A stretch of 54,287 bases of DNA from a virus (lineage: Duplodnaviria > Caudoviricetes): the IMG/VR virus record IMGVR_UViG_3300037313_001338, positions 1 to 54,287 of that record. One strand, given 5' to 3'. The stretch's first letter is position 1. Every line of letters starts with the position of its first letter. Positions 27,441 to 35,890 of this stretch are shown here, in pieces. The notes below the pieces were generated by a model. That model was not told the DNA's origin. It ran no database searches and saw nothing but the letters and a program-made list of their open reading frames with translations. The translations under genes and the position numbers were made by a program.

Positions 27441-27962
27441 TTACCGCGCGGTGACGACGTAGGTGCTTTGCCGGGCTACGCGGCGGCCGACGATGAAGAG
27501 CGTCCACACATCACCGGTCACTTCAGAAAAGCCGTGGATATACTTGCGGGACCGGATCACGATGGAACCAGGGCGCAGACGACGGTTGCCCCACGGGGTG
27601 CGTTCGGTCAGCTGCCCCTTCAGGACGATCGTGATCGACCAGCGTGGATGGTCGTGTAGGTCTTCCTCGTACCCTGGCTCCGGATTCCAGTGGTGGAGGA
27701 AGGCGTTACAGGGGAGCCACCAAGGCAGCGCGTTCGGGCGCTTGCTGAAATCGTAACCCCCACCCCTCACCCTTGAGGCGCGCCCCTCGGCTTGCGCCTT
27801 CACCCAGCGCTCACGATGCTCATCCCACCAACTGTCCGGCCACTCGTCGCGACGAATGAACTCGTAACGCGTGAACAAGTGCTGGTCGGCGAAGGTGACC
27901 ACGGGGACCGGCTGAGACTTGGCTACAGCCCAGTTGATGAAGGCCGAGATGAGGTCTGACAC
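27441..27962 (-). CDS. Cupin-like phage protein
   Basis: LHDHPRWSITIVLKG..E and a distal His. Confidence 0.7.
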   Translation of the reverse strand: MSDLISAFINWAVAKSQPVPVVTFADQHLFTRYEFIRRDEWPDSWWDEHRERWVKAQAEGRASRVRGGGYDFSKRPNALPWWLPCNAFLHHWNPEPGYEEDLHDHPRWSITIVLKGQLTERTPWGNRRLRPGSIVIRSRKYIHGFSEVTGDVWTLFIVGRRVARQSTYVVTAR

Positions 27963-27970
27963 GACGACTC

Positions 27971-28156
27971 TCAGCTCAGCATCACGCCGGCGGGAAGCCC
28001 GAGACGGCGGTCGTATTCCAGCGAGAGCTCGGCGAGCCCCGCCTTGTTGAGCTCACGGACAGCCTCGGCCTGGGCGACCATGCGGGCGCAGTAGGCCGCC
28101 GCCGACTCCAGCTCGTCCTTCGTCATCTCGTCGGGACGCTTGCCGTCGAACAGCAT
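27971..28156 (-). CDS. Hypothetical protein
   Basis: RBS GGAGG; 61 aa helical. Confidence 0.6.
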   Translation of the reverse strand: MLFDGKRPDEMTKDELESAAAYCARMVAQAEAVRELNKAGLAELSLEYDRRLGLPAGVMLS

Positions 28157-28166
28157 GGCCGGCCTC

Positions 28167-28448
28167 CTACATCCCGCTGAAGTCGAAGCCGCGCCAGACG
28201 TAGGGGTCGGTTTGGGGCTTGGCTGTCTGGCTCGGCGGGTCTTTGTCGGCGAGGTCCAGCTTGCGCAGGATCCACACCCAGGCCTCTTCGCGGGTGGCGA
28301 TGCTCGTCGCCTCTACGCTCCAGCCGCCGTATCGCGAGCGCCAGGGGCGGAAGCGCCAGACCGAAAAGCCCCGCTCAGCCGGCGTGACGCGCCAGGCTCC
28401 GGCCGCCGCCTGCGCGGTCAGGATCAGGGCTGGGAGCCGGCGAGACAC
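28167..28448 (-). CDS. Hypothetical protein, first gene of the late operon
   Basis: ORF track; RBS GGAGG upstream. Confidence 0.5.
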   Translation of the reverse strand: MSRRLPALILTAQAAAGAWRVTPAERGFSVWRFRPWRSRYGGWSVEATSIATREEAWVWILRKLDLADKDPPSQTAKPQTDPYVWRGFDFSGM

Positions 28449-28794
28449 ATGCAGAACCTCCGACAGGAGGGCTTCGCCCCGAACCGGCCGAACTCAGCGT
28501 CGGAACACGTTCAGGATGCTATGAGCAGGGACCGGCCGGGATGCGGGCCAGTCCGGGGCGAATGTGGCGCCGCTTGCCCGGCAGGGCGCGCGCGGTGGCG
28601 CTGCGGCATGAGGGGGTCCGGAGCCCCGAACGCGAGTGGGGTCGCGGTCAGGGCTCCAGGGGTTCGCGCGCCCGGTAAGCTCGCGAGTGTGGAAAATCTG
28701 GGCACCGCTTCGCAGTACGCTTCGAGCGCCCGATATGCGGGCTATCGCTGCGCATCCAGGGGCCACCTGAAGGGCTCACTTGACCGGATATCCG

Positions 28795-28824
28795 ATGATG
28801 CATGCGAATCGCGGCGGAGCGCAA
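28795..28824 (-). promoter_or_regulatory. Putative late promoter with a CGATTCG (GANTC) site in the spacer
   Basis: Minus strand TTGCGC-N18-CATCAT, followed by a ~340 nt leader before the late genes. Confidence 0.55.
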
Positions 28825-28865
28825 CTGGAACGTGGCGGGAACAGCCCCTCAAGCGAGGCCGTGGC

Positions 28866-29027
28866 TCACCCGAGTTTTTCCTTGGCCGCGCTTCTGATCA
28901 GCCTGCGAATGAGGGCCGAGACCGACCGCTCGCCGTAGGCCGCGCGCAGCTTTTCGGCCTTCTCCCAATCCGACGCACGCATGGTCATGTTCACGCGCTG
29001 CGTCGGCTCCTTCGGCTCCCCGCTCAC
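28866..29027 (-). CDS. Ribbon-helix-helix DNA-binding protein, 53 aa (not in ORF track)
   Basis: MSGEPKEPTQRVNMTMRASDWEKAEKLRAAYGERSVSALIRRLIRSAAKEKLG; GTGA-coupled. Confidence 0.75.
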   Translation of the reverse strand: MSGEPKEPTQRVNMTMRASDWEKAEKLRAAYGERSVSALIRRLIRSAAKEKLG

Positions 29028-29293
29028 GCCGCAGCCCCTGCCGTCCGGCGCATGCGCGCTTCGGCCGACTGCCGAAGGATGAACCGATGGAGGCCCGCGC
29101 AGTCTGCCCGCAAGCGCGGCAGGTCACGGAGTTCGGGCAACTGGGCCCGCTGCTCGGCGGCGCGCCGCAGGAGGATCGCCACGATAGTCGCGATCGGGGT
29201 TTCGGTGCGGGACACCTTGGGCGTTCGACCTTTCACCCCTCGCGCCCGCCGAACCACGTCGGCGTAGCCCTCTCTTTCCATCCTGCGGCTCAT
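29024..29293 (-). CDS. Basic 89 aa hypothetical protein
   Basis: RBS GAGG; own promoter; coupled to the RHH gene. Confidence 0.6.
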   Translation of the reverse strand: MSRRMEREGYADVVRRARGVKGRTPKVSRTETPIATIVAILLRRAAEQRAQLPELRDLPRLRADCAGLHRFILRQSAEARMRRTAGAAA

Positions 29294-29303
29294 CTCGCCC
29301 TCA

Positions 29304-29349
29304 CTGTGTTTATACAGCATATTCTGTATGCGCACAGCGATGACGTCAA
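29304..29349 (-). promoter_or_regulatory. Sigma70 promoter overlapped by a 34 bp palindromic operator
   Basis: TTGACG-N17-CAGAAT; palindrome CTGTG-ttt-ATACAG-catatt-CTGTAT-gcg-CACAG at 29304-29337. Confidence 0.7.
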
Positions 29350-29353
29350 CCCC

Positions 29354-30190
29354 TCAATCCGCCTCCTCGGCAAACTCCGCCACCTGCGAGGGTTCGTAGG
29401 TGAACGGCGTCGCCTTCCCGAAGAGCCAGAACAGCGCCTTCACGCGCCCCTCCCCGTCGAGGCCCTCGAAGGTGTGCGCGAAACCTCGGCCGGGGCCGTC
29501 GGTCACGGTGATCGACTGGCCCGGCTTCACCTGCGGCCGATCTTTCGCCGGGCGCCGGATGGTGCGGTCGAACGCCCCGCCCAAGTCCTCCTGGAGGAGC
29601 GCGTGGATCCCGCAGGGACCGGAGAACGGGACTGTCAGAGGGGCGCGATCTATGGTGAAGCGGACCACGGCATGGACGTATTCCAACTCCCCGAGCGCAT
29701 TTAGATCGTCGTCATGGGCTTGCCGGTCATGGGCCTTGGACCGGCAGCCGACAAAGATGTAGCCCGGCAGGAGGTGGCGCGCGGTCTTGACCTTGCGGCC
29801 CCTGAGCCGGCGCCAATGGATCAGCAGTGGTGCATAGGTGACGAAGCCGGCCTCGATCAGGTTGGCTTCAGCCTTGGCCTCCTGGCGGGTCGCGGCGCGC
29901 ACGGCGTACCAGCTGAGGTCGCCGTCGCCTGGTTCGATCCCGTCGATCAGCTTGCGGCCCTTGCGGGACTCGACCTCGCCGGGGAAGAACAACTCCTGGG
30001 CCCGCTGGGAGTCCAACCAGCCCTGCAGCTTCTCCAAGGTGTCGCGGGCGAGCCGGTCATAGCCCTGGTCCTGTAGCAGGGCGGCCACGGCCATGTTCCC
30101 CCACAGCAGACCTGGCACGAAGGCCTTGCCGGCGGGGATGGTCAGGGTGAGTTCCCCGACCGGGATCGTGAAGGCGGGGCGCGCGCTCAT
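29354..30190 (-). CDS. NusG-family transcription antiterminator with N-terminal extension
   Basis: WYAV...QE, LLPGYIFV NGN domain; PGQSITVTDGP KOW; occupies the lambda Q position. Confidence 0.88.
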   Translation of the reverse strand: MSARPAFTIPVGELTLTIPAGKAFVPGLLWGNMAVAALLQDQGYDRLARDTLEKLQGWLDSQRAQELFFPGEVESRKGRKLIDGIEPGDGDLSWYAVRAATRQEAKAEANLIEAGFVTYAPLLIHWRRLRGRKVKTARHLLPGYIFVGCRSKAHDRQAHDDDLNALGELEYVHAVVRFTIDRAPLTVPFSGPCGIHALLQEDLGGAFDRTIRRPAKDRPQVKPGQSITVTDGPGRGFAHTFEGLDGEGRVKALFWLFGKATPFTYEPSQVAEFAEEAD

Positions 30191-30426
30191 TGCTTGACGC
30201 TCCGGCCGGCCTTCGCCATCGCCGCCCGCTCCAGCGCCAGAAGCGCGACGGTGTAGGCCTGGAAGTTCTTGGCGTCGTCGGGGCCGTGGAACTCCTTGCC
30301 CGGCGCCGGGAGCTTCGCCCGGGCGCTGGCGTAGAGGTCGGCCGCCTCCATCAGGGTCAGCACCTCGGCCGGCAGTTGCGGCGGCTCCGGCGCGGCCGGC
30401 GTTTCGGTTTCGACAGGCTCGCTCAT
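30187..30426 (-). CDS. Hypothetical protein
   Basis: ATGA-coupled at both ends. Confidence 0.6.
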   Translation of the reverse strand: MSEPVETETPAAPEPPQLPAEVLTLMEAADLYASARAKLPAPGKEFHGPDDAKNFQAYTVALLALERAAMAKAGRSVKQ

Positions 30427-30791
30427 TCCCAACCCACTTTCTCGACTTGAACCCCGGCGCGGTGCGCCTGATCGATCATGTTCGCCGTCCCCCGGCCGCC
30501 GCGCAGCGCGTGGACCCTCTGGGGCTGGCCCCAGGCCAGCATGCGGCCGTTGCGCATCGGACCCGCCTTCGGCCCGTAGCGCCGCCAGGGCGCCGGGAAC
30601 GGGATCACCGGAAGGCCCATGGTCACGGCCTCCTCAAAGACCAGCTGGTCCACGCCCTGCCAGCGGTCGTCGTCCGGGTCGTAGCCCACGATGACCACGA
30701 GCTCGGGATCGGCCGCCAGCAGGCTTTCCAGCAGGGCGCGGACGGCCCCTCGGTCGGTGGAGTAACGGGAGCCACAGATGAGCTGCCTCAT
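30423..30791 (-). CDS. SLOG-family (DUF2493/YspA-like) protein
   Basis: ICGSR, GVD, W..YG.KAGP.RN..M, GGRGT.NM...A. Confidence 0.85.
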   Translation of the reverse strand: MRQLICGSRYSTDRGAVRALLESLLAADPELVVIVGYDPDDDRWQGVDQLVFEEAVTMGLPVIPFPAPWRRYGPKAGPMRNGRMLAWGQPQRVHALRGGRGTANMIDQAHRAGVQVEKVGWE

Positions 30792-31375
30792 GGCCTCCAC
30801 TCCGGAATTTCGACGTGCTCCCTCCACCAGAACACGCGCGTGCCGTGGAGCTTCAGCTTCACGCCGCAGTACGGGCAGGACCGGTCCCCGCCGATCAGCG
30901 GGGTCTGCTCCAAGTCGCAGGCCGGGCAGATGAAGGCGAGCGGCGGTTCTTGGTGGGTCAAGCCGTAGTGGGGATCCCGCTTCGGCTTGGCGCCCTCGGC
31001 GAAGCGGTGGCAGTCCTCCCAAAGCGCCGAGTGCGCGTTGCGCGGGACGGCTGGCTTCCAAGGGAGGCCCGCGACCAGACCCATGAGGCCATGCGCCGCC
31101 TCGCGCGGCATCGCGACATGCTGGCGCCCCGGCTCGCGCTCCGGAGCCTGAGTCTTCTGCTCGGGCTGGGGTTCCGGCCGAGCGGGGTCCATCATGATCC
31201 AAATCGGTCGAGGCGAATCCTCCTCGGACGGGCCGCGCGACAGGAGGCCGCTGATCGCCTCTTGGCTCAGCGCGACCGCACCCTGAACCGCCGCCAGCCT
31301 GCGCACCTTCGCCAACTCGCGGCGCAGCGCCATGGCGATGACCCAGCGACGAACAAACCTCGGGACGAACCTCAT
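30788..31375 (-). CDS. Hypothetical protein with C-terminal Zn ribbon
   Basis: CPAC...CPYC; coupled. Confidence 0.6.
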   Translation of the reverse strand: MRFVPRFVRRWVIAMALRRELAKVRRLAAVQGAVALSQEAISGLLSRGPSEEDSPRPIWIMMDPARPEPQPEQKTQAPEREPGRQHVAMPREAAHGLMGLVAGLPWKPAVPRNAHSALWEDCHRFAEGAKPKRDPHYGLTHQEPPLAFICPACDLEQTPLIGGDRSCPYCGVKLKLHGTRVFWWREHVEIPEWRP

Positions 31376-32340
31376 GCCGCCCTCCCCTTCCCTTGGATCA
31401 GTTTGACGCCCAGCCGCGCCAGCCATGGCCCGGCCTCTCGGCGGATGGTCTCGACGGTGAAGCTGTTCTCCGAGACGATGGCCTTGCGCTCGGCGTCCCA
31501 GCTGCAGCGGCTGAGGAAGCTCAGGGCGCGGCCAGGATCGCCGAAGCCCGCCTCCACGGCGGCGCGAACCTCATCCGGCCCATTCCAGGTCGAGGACACC
31601 GCGGCCTTGGCCTCGGTCGGCTGCATCCAGTCCAGGTAGCGTTCGTCGCGCAGCCAGCGCTCCATCGCTGGCGCGCCGCAGTCCTGCTTCGGCTCACGAC
31701 CCTCCCGGGCGTAGCGCTCCACTGCGGTCAGCAGGAGGGCTTTGCGGCCCGTGCTGATCCGCCGCCAGATGGCATGGGCCTTGCGCTTGCTGGATCGCCC
31801 CTTGACGTGGGGGTAGGCTTTCCAGGCCGCCTCGAACTCAGGCGGATACGCCGACCGCTCGTCGCCGCTCGGCGACAAGGATGCGTTAGCATCCTCTACT
31901 CCGTCAGGAGTAGGTAATGGTGAAGGTAACGCGACCCGCGCGGGTGTTTCGTTTTGCTTTTCCTCAGAAGAACCATTTGCTTTTGGTTTGGTATCGTTTT
32001 GCTTCTTCGGGCGCCCGCCTTGTCGGCCAGCCTCTCGCCGCTTCTCGATGATCTCCCGGGCCCTGGAGAGCTCCTGCTCGACCCGGTCGTGGAACCAGTG
32101 CCCGTCGCGCAGATCGAAATACCCGACGAGCGCCGGACGGACCTTCAGCCACTCCCGCCGCTCGACGCGCAGGATGCGGGCGATGGTCGCGTCATCATCC
32201 GGGGGCGGGCCGTTCACCCAATAGTCGCGGATCAGGCGCATGTAGGCGCCATCCTCGGCGAGCGTCAGCCGATTGGTGGCGCGCTCGTAGGCGGCGAGAT
32301 AGAGCGGCATCCAGGCCTTGGGATCGTCCTTAGCCATCAA
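31372..32340 (-). CDS. Replication initiator, DUF1376/YdaU family
   Basis: WMPLY...Y...T..LT..E.GAY..L...YW; FEAAWKAYP; adjacent to DnaB. Confidence 0.87.
   Translation of the reverse strand: MMAKDDPKAWMPLYLAAYERATNRLTLAEDGAYMRLIRDYWVNGPPPDDDATIARILRVERREWLKVRPALVGYFDLRDGHWFHDRVEQELSRAREIIEKRREAGRQGGRPKKQNDTKPKANGSSEEKQNETPARVALPSPLPTPDGVEDANASLSPSGDERSAYPPEFEAAWKAYPHVKGRSSKRKAHAIWRRISTGRKALLLTAVERYAREGREPKQDCGAPAMERWLRDERYLDWMQPTEAKAAVSSTWNGPDEVRAAVEAGFGDPGRALSFLSRCSWDAERKAIVSENSFTVETIRREAGPWLARLGVKLIQGKGRAA
31949..32004. repeat. Iteron-like repeats (putative origin) inside the initiator gene
   Basis: TCGTTTTGCTT at 31949 and 31994 plus CCATTTGCTT at 31973, ~22-23 bp period, locally AT-rich. 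Confidence 0.6.
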
Positions 32341-33833
32341 TCGCCCGCCGGGTTGCGCCCGTAGCCGCCGTAGCGGCCCTCACGCGCGAGGTTGGAGAAC
32401 TTGGTCAGGTCGCCGTTGAACGCGACCTTCACCGTGCCGATGGGGCCGTGCCGGGCCTTGCCCACGATGATGTCCGCCTGGCCGCGGACCTGCTCCATCT
32501 GGGCCTGCCAGTCGAAGTGCTCCTGCGTGTTCTCACGCGGCTCGAGGCGCTCCAGGTAGTAGTCCTCGCGGTAGATGAACCACACCGTGTCGGCGTCCTG
32601 CTCGATGGAGCCGGACTCCCGCAGGTCGGAGAGCTGAGGCTTCTTGTCCTCGCGCTGCTCCACCTGGCGGGAGAGCTGCGAAAGGGCGATCACCGGGACG
32701 TCGAGTTCCTTGGCGAGGGCCTTCAGGCCCGTGGTGATCACCGTCAGCTGCTCCACGCGGTTGGCGCGGGCGCCGATTCCGGCGTCGATCAGTTGCAGGT
32801 AGTCGACGATGATCAGGTCCAGGCCCGTCAGGCGCTTCTGGCGCCGGGCCCGCGCGTAGAGCTTGGCAAGCGGCAGGCCGCCGGTGGCGTCGATGTGCAG
32901 CGGGATATCCTGGATCTCCAGGGCCGCATCCCGAAAGCGTCCGAACTCCGAGGCGCTGATCTCGCCCTTCCTGATTTTGTCGCCGGAGATTCCAGCGGCG
33001 GCGGCCGCGAGGCGCAGCGCCAATTGCTCGGCGCTCATCTCCAGCGAGAAGAACAGGCCTTGGCCGCCGTCGATGGTTTTGCGGGTCCCGTCCGGCTGGA
33101 CCTCGTAGCGGTAGCGCCGGGCCGCTTCGTAGGCGATGTTCGCCGCAAGGCTGCTCTTCCCCATGGAGGGCCGGGCGGCGATGATGATCAGGTCCGAGCG
33201 GTGCAGTCCGCCCGTCTTCTGGTCCAGGTCGATCAGGCCCGTGGACAGGCCCGAAAGCCCGCCGTCCCGCTGCACGGCCTCGCTGGCGTGCTGCACGGCC
33301 CCGGCGATGGCTTCGGAGAAGCTGACGACGCCGACGCCCGAGCGGTTCTCGGCGAGGTGGAAGAACCGGCCCTCGGTGTCCTCGATGATCTCCCGGCCCG
33401 CCGCTTCGCCGGTCTGGGCCACGCTGATGGCGTCCTGGCTGATCTCGATGACCTGGCGGCGCAGGAAGGCGTCGTGGATGGCGCGGCCGTACTCCGGCGC
33501 GTTCGGCGGCGGCGGCGCCCGCTCCACCAGGTCGGCGAGGTAGCGAACCCCGCCCAGGTCGTGGAAGGCCGGGTCCGCCTGGAACTGCGGCATGAGCAGG
33601 ATGGGCTCGGCCAACTGCCCCTTGCGGATCGCCACTTCGATCGCAGCGAAGAGGCGCTGATGGAACGGCTCGAAGAAGTGCTCCGGCCGCAGATTGTCGC
33701 CCACCCGCTCGTAGGCCGAATTGTCGTAGAGCAGGCAGCCGAGAAGCGCGCTCTCCGCCTCGATGTTGGCGGGGAGGTGCGGGTCCGTCTCGTCTTCGGG
33801 CGGACGAAGGTCCAGGGCGGGGACGAGGCTCAT
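32337..33833 (-). CDS. dnaB: Replicative DNA helicase
   Basis: AARPSMGKS, FSLEMS, VDYLQL, LSQLSR, DLRESGSIEQDAD. Confidence 0.97.
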   Translation of the reverse strand: MSLVPALDLRPPEDETDPHLPANIEAESALLGCLLYDNSAYERVGDNLRPEHFFEPFHQRLFAAIEVAIRKGQLAEPILLMPQFQADPAFHDLGGVRYLADLVERAPPPPNAPEYGRAIHDAFLRRQVIEISQDAISVAQTGEAAGREIIEDTEGRFFHLAENRSGVGVVSFSEAIAGAVQHASEAVQRDGGLSGLSTGLIDLDQKTGGLHRSDLIIIAARPSMGKSSLAANIAYEAARRYRYEVQPDGTRKTIDGGQGLFFSLEMSAEQLALRLAAAAAGISGDKIRKGEISASEFGRFRDAALEIQDIPLHIDATGGLPLAKLYARARRQKRLTGLDLIIVDYLQLIDAGIGARANRVEQLTVITTGLKALAKELDVPVIALSQLSRQVEQREDKKPQLSDLRESGSIEQDADTVWFIYREDYYLERLEPRENTQEHFDWQAQMEQVRGQADIIVGKARHGPIGTVKVAFNGDLTKFSNLAREGRYGGYGRNPAGD

Positions 33834-35890
33834 GCCGAGCCCTGATCGATGAAGCGCCGAAGCGCCGCCGCATAGCGCTCACCCAGCTTCCGCACGAGCG
33901 GCACGGCCTTGCTGTTGCTGATCCCCCGATAGCGCGGGCCGTCTGGCGTCTGGGCCAGGATTTCCGCCTCCTCGGGCGAATATCCGTGGCTGATCAGGTA
34001 GGCGGTGAACTCCTCTAGCTCCTCGTCCTTGCGGTTGGCCGTGGGCCATTCGATGAGGGTGTAGCCGTCTCGGAAGCCTTGGAGCCGTTCGGCTTCCACC
34101 ACGGTGATGCGGCGGACGGCCATCTCATGGTCGACGATTCCGTTCATCCGGCGCGAGCCCATGTTGGCGTCTAGCGTTGGCGCTAGTTTGACCTCACGCA
34201 CGCCGCTCTGCGATTGCTGGAAAGCGACGAACGGCCGCGTGGAGCCGCCCTCAGCAGCCCTGAGGCTGGGCGACACGTCGCCCTCCTCCACTTCCGCTTG
34301 GGCACCGTTCTCGCGGCCGCGCAGACTGAAGGCGACGGCGAGTTGGCCGCCCGCATTTGGATGCGAGCCGGTGTGGCCCATGGCCCGCATCGTCGGCGCA
34401 ATGTCCCCGGCGTCCGCGCCGTGGTCCTTGCAGGAAAAGGCGATGGCATGCGTCGCGCCATCGGTATCGAGCGGGCCCACCACTGCCCCGGAGATTGGAT
34501 CTTGGCGAGCGTTGAAGGCGATCGGCTGGACGATGTAGTCGCCGCCCTGGTCGCCGCCCGCCGGGCCGCTGGCCATGAGAGGTTGGGCGACGTCAACCGC
34601 GCGCGCCTTGTAATCCTTGCCGCTGTTCTGCGGCATGATGGAGTAGGTGACGGGGACAATCGGCGTTCCGCGCCCCGTACCGTCTTCACTGGCATCGAAC
34701 CCTTCACCGCGTAGTGAATGCGCGATCAGCGCTTCGCCGCCGCCGCCAGTGTCCCCACCAGTCGCCCGTAGCGGGTCTGAAACCTCGCTCCTGACCATTC
34801 CCCCGAAGTGACCAACTGACGCATAGGTCGTCGGGATCAGAAGGCCCTGCTCCGCATCCTGCTGGGTCGCCGACCCGGCCGCCTTACCGTTACTGGTCGG
34901 GGTTCCGACGACGACCGTCTCGGTTTCGATATCGCTTCGGTTTCCAGCCGCAGCCGCGACGAGCGGCCGGCCGACGGCCTGGTCGTAGTCGCATCCAAAC
35001 GGAACGCCCCCTTGGGCGGGGGCCCTCCTGTTCGGCGACCGTCCGCCCGGCCCGCGACCGACATCAGCGCCTTCATCAAAAGCGCGGGCAAATCCTTCCC
35101 CCGCTTCGCCGCGCGACGGAGGATGCCGAGACAGGCCTTGGCGCTCAAAAAGTACTTCGACGGGATCGGGCCCGTCTCCAAAACTGATGACAGCGAACAG
35201 ACGCTCGCGCCGTTGAGCCACGCCCGCGTATTGAGCGTCGAGAACGCGCCATACTGCGGTCCCGAGTGGTCCGTCAGCCACACCCGCGTTCGTCCATTTT
35301 CCCCGTCGACCTGGAACGATGGCGGCGTCGTGTCCGACAATTCCGCCAAGGAGGGCTCCGAAGGCGTTGTCCTTGGTGTTGAGGATGTCGGGGACCTGCT
35401 CGAGAAGAACGCCTCGAATGCGCCGACGCTTGCGGAGCTCATGGATCAGCTTCACTCCGAAGAGGGTGAGGTTGCCGCGGGAGCCGGACAGCGACTGCCG
35501 CAGGCCCGCGATGGAGAAGTCCTGGCATGGGAACCCCGCCACCAGCAGGTCCACCTCCGGAAGCTCGTCGGGATCGATCTGGGTGAGGTCGCCGTAGTTC
35601 GGGATGCGGTTGCCCCAGCGCGCGAATCCGTCGACGGCGCGGATGGCGGCCTGACGCGCACGGCGTTCCTTCAGGCGCTGCTCTCGCTCCGCCTTCGTGG
35701 TCGCGCCTTCGACATCGACTTCCTCCGGCCTGGGCATGCGCATGGGCTTGCCGGCGCCGTGGCGATCCGCCAGGACCGCGCAGGGGAAGGGTTCGATCTC
35801 CGAGACGTAGCGGCACTCCGCGCCCAGGGGTACGAAGGCCTCGCTCGCGGCCTCAATGCCGCTGCACAGCGTGCCAAAAGAGAATGTCAC
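33830..35890 (-). CDS. C5-cytosine DNA methyltransferase with a long repeated variable region
   Basis: LCSGI, GFPCQDFS, EQV, QRRER, RRIT..E.ERLQGF motifs. Confidence 0.92.
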   Translation of the reverse strand: MTFSFGTLCSGIEAASEAFVPLGAECRYVSEIEPFPCAVLADRHGAGKPMRMPRPEEVDVEGATTKAEREQRLKERRARQAAIRAVDGFARWGNRIPNYGDLTQIDPDELPEVDLLVAGFPCQDFSIAGLRQSLSGSRGNLTLFGVKLIHELRKRRRIRGVLLEQVPDILNTKDNAFGALLGGIVGHDAAIVPGRRGKWTNAGVADGPLGTAVWRVLDAQYAGVAQRRERLFAVISFGDGPDPVEVLFERQGLSRHPPSRGEAGEGFARAFDEGADVGRGPGGRSPNRRAPAQGGVPFGCDYDQAVGRPLVAAAAGNRSDIETETVVVGTPTSNGKAAGSATQQDAEQGLLIPTTYASVGHFGGMVRSEVSDPLRATGGDTGGGGEALIAHSLRGEGFDASEDGTGRGTPIVPVTYSIMPQNSGKDYKARAVDVAQPLMASGPAGGDQGGDYIVQPIAFNARQDPISGAVVGPLDTDGATHAIAFSCKDHGADAGDIAPTMRAMGHTGSHPNAGGQLAVAFSLRGRENGAQAEVEEGDVSPSLRAAEGGSTRPFVAFQQSQSGVREVKLAPTLDANMGSRRMNGIVDHEMAVRRITVVEAERLQGFRDGYTLIEWPTANRKDEELEEFTAYLISHGYSPEEAEILAQTPDGPRYRGISNSKAVPLVRKLGERYAAALRRFIDQGSA
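34837..35442 (-). CDS. Alternative-frame ORF nested in the C5 methyltransferase
   Basis: CSLSSVLET..IPSKYFLSAKACLGILRRA..RGK.LP segment looks like real protein; start uncertain. Confidence 0.55.
   Translation of the reverse strand: MSSASVGAFEAFFSSRSPTSSTPRTTPSEPSLAELSDTTPPSFQVDGENGRTRVWLTDHSGPQYGAFSTLNTRAWLNGASVCSLSSVLETGPIPSKYFLSAKACLGILRRAAKRGKDLPALLMKALMSVAGRADGRRTGGPPPKGAFRLDATTTRPSAGRSSRLRLETEAISKPRRSSSEPRPVTVRRPGRRPSRMRSRAF

Noticed and set aside
29304-29337. CTGT...ACAG as an SOS box
   Set aside because: Spacer is 6 nt rather than the 8 of the E. coli box, and alphaproteobacterial LexA uses GTTC-N7-GTTC; better explained as an RHH operator
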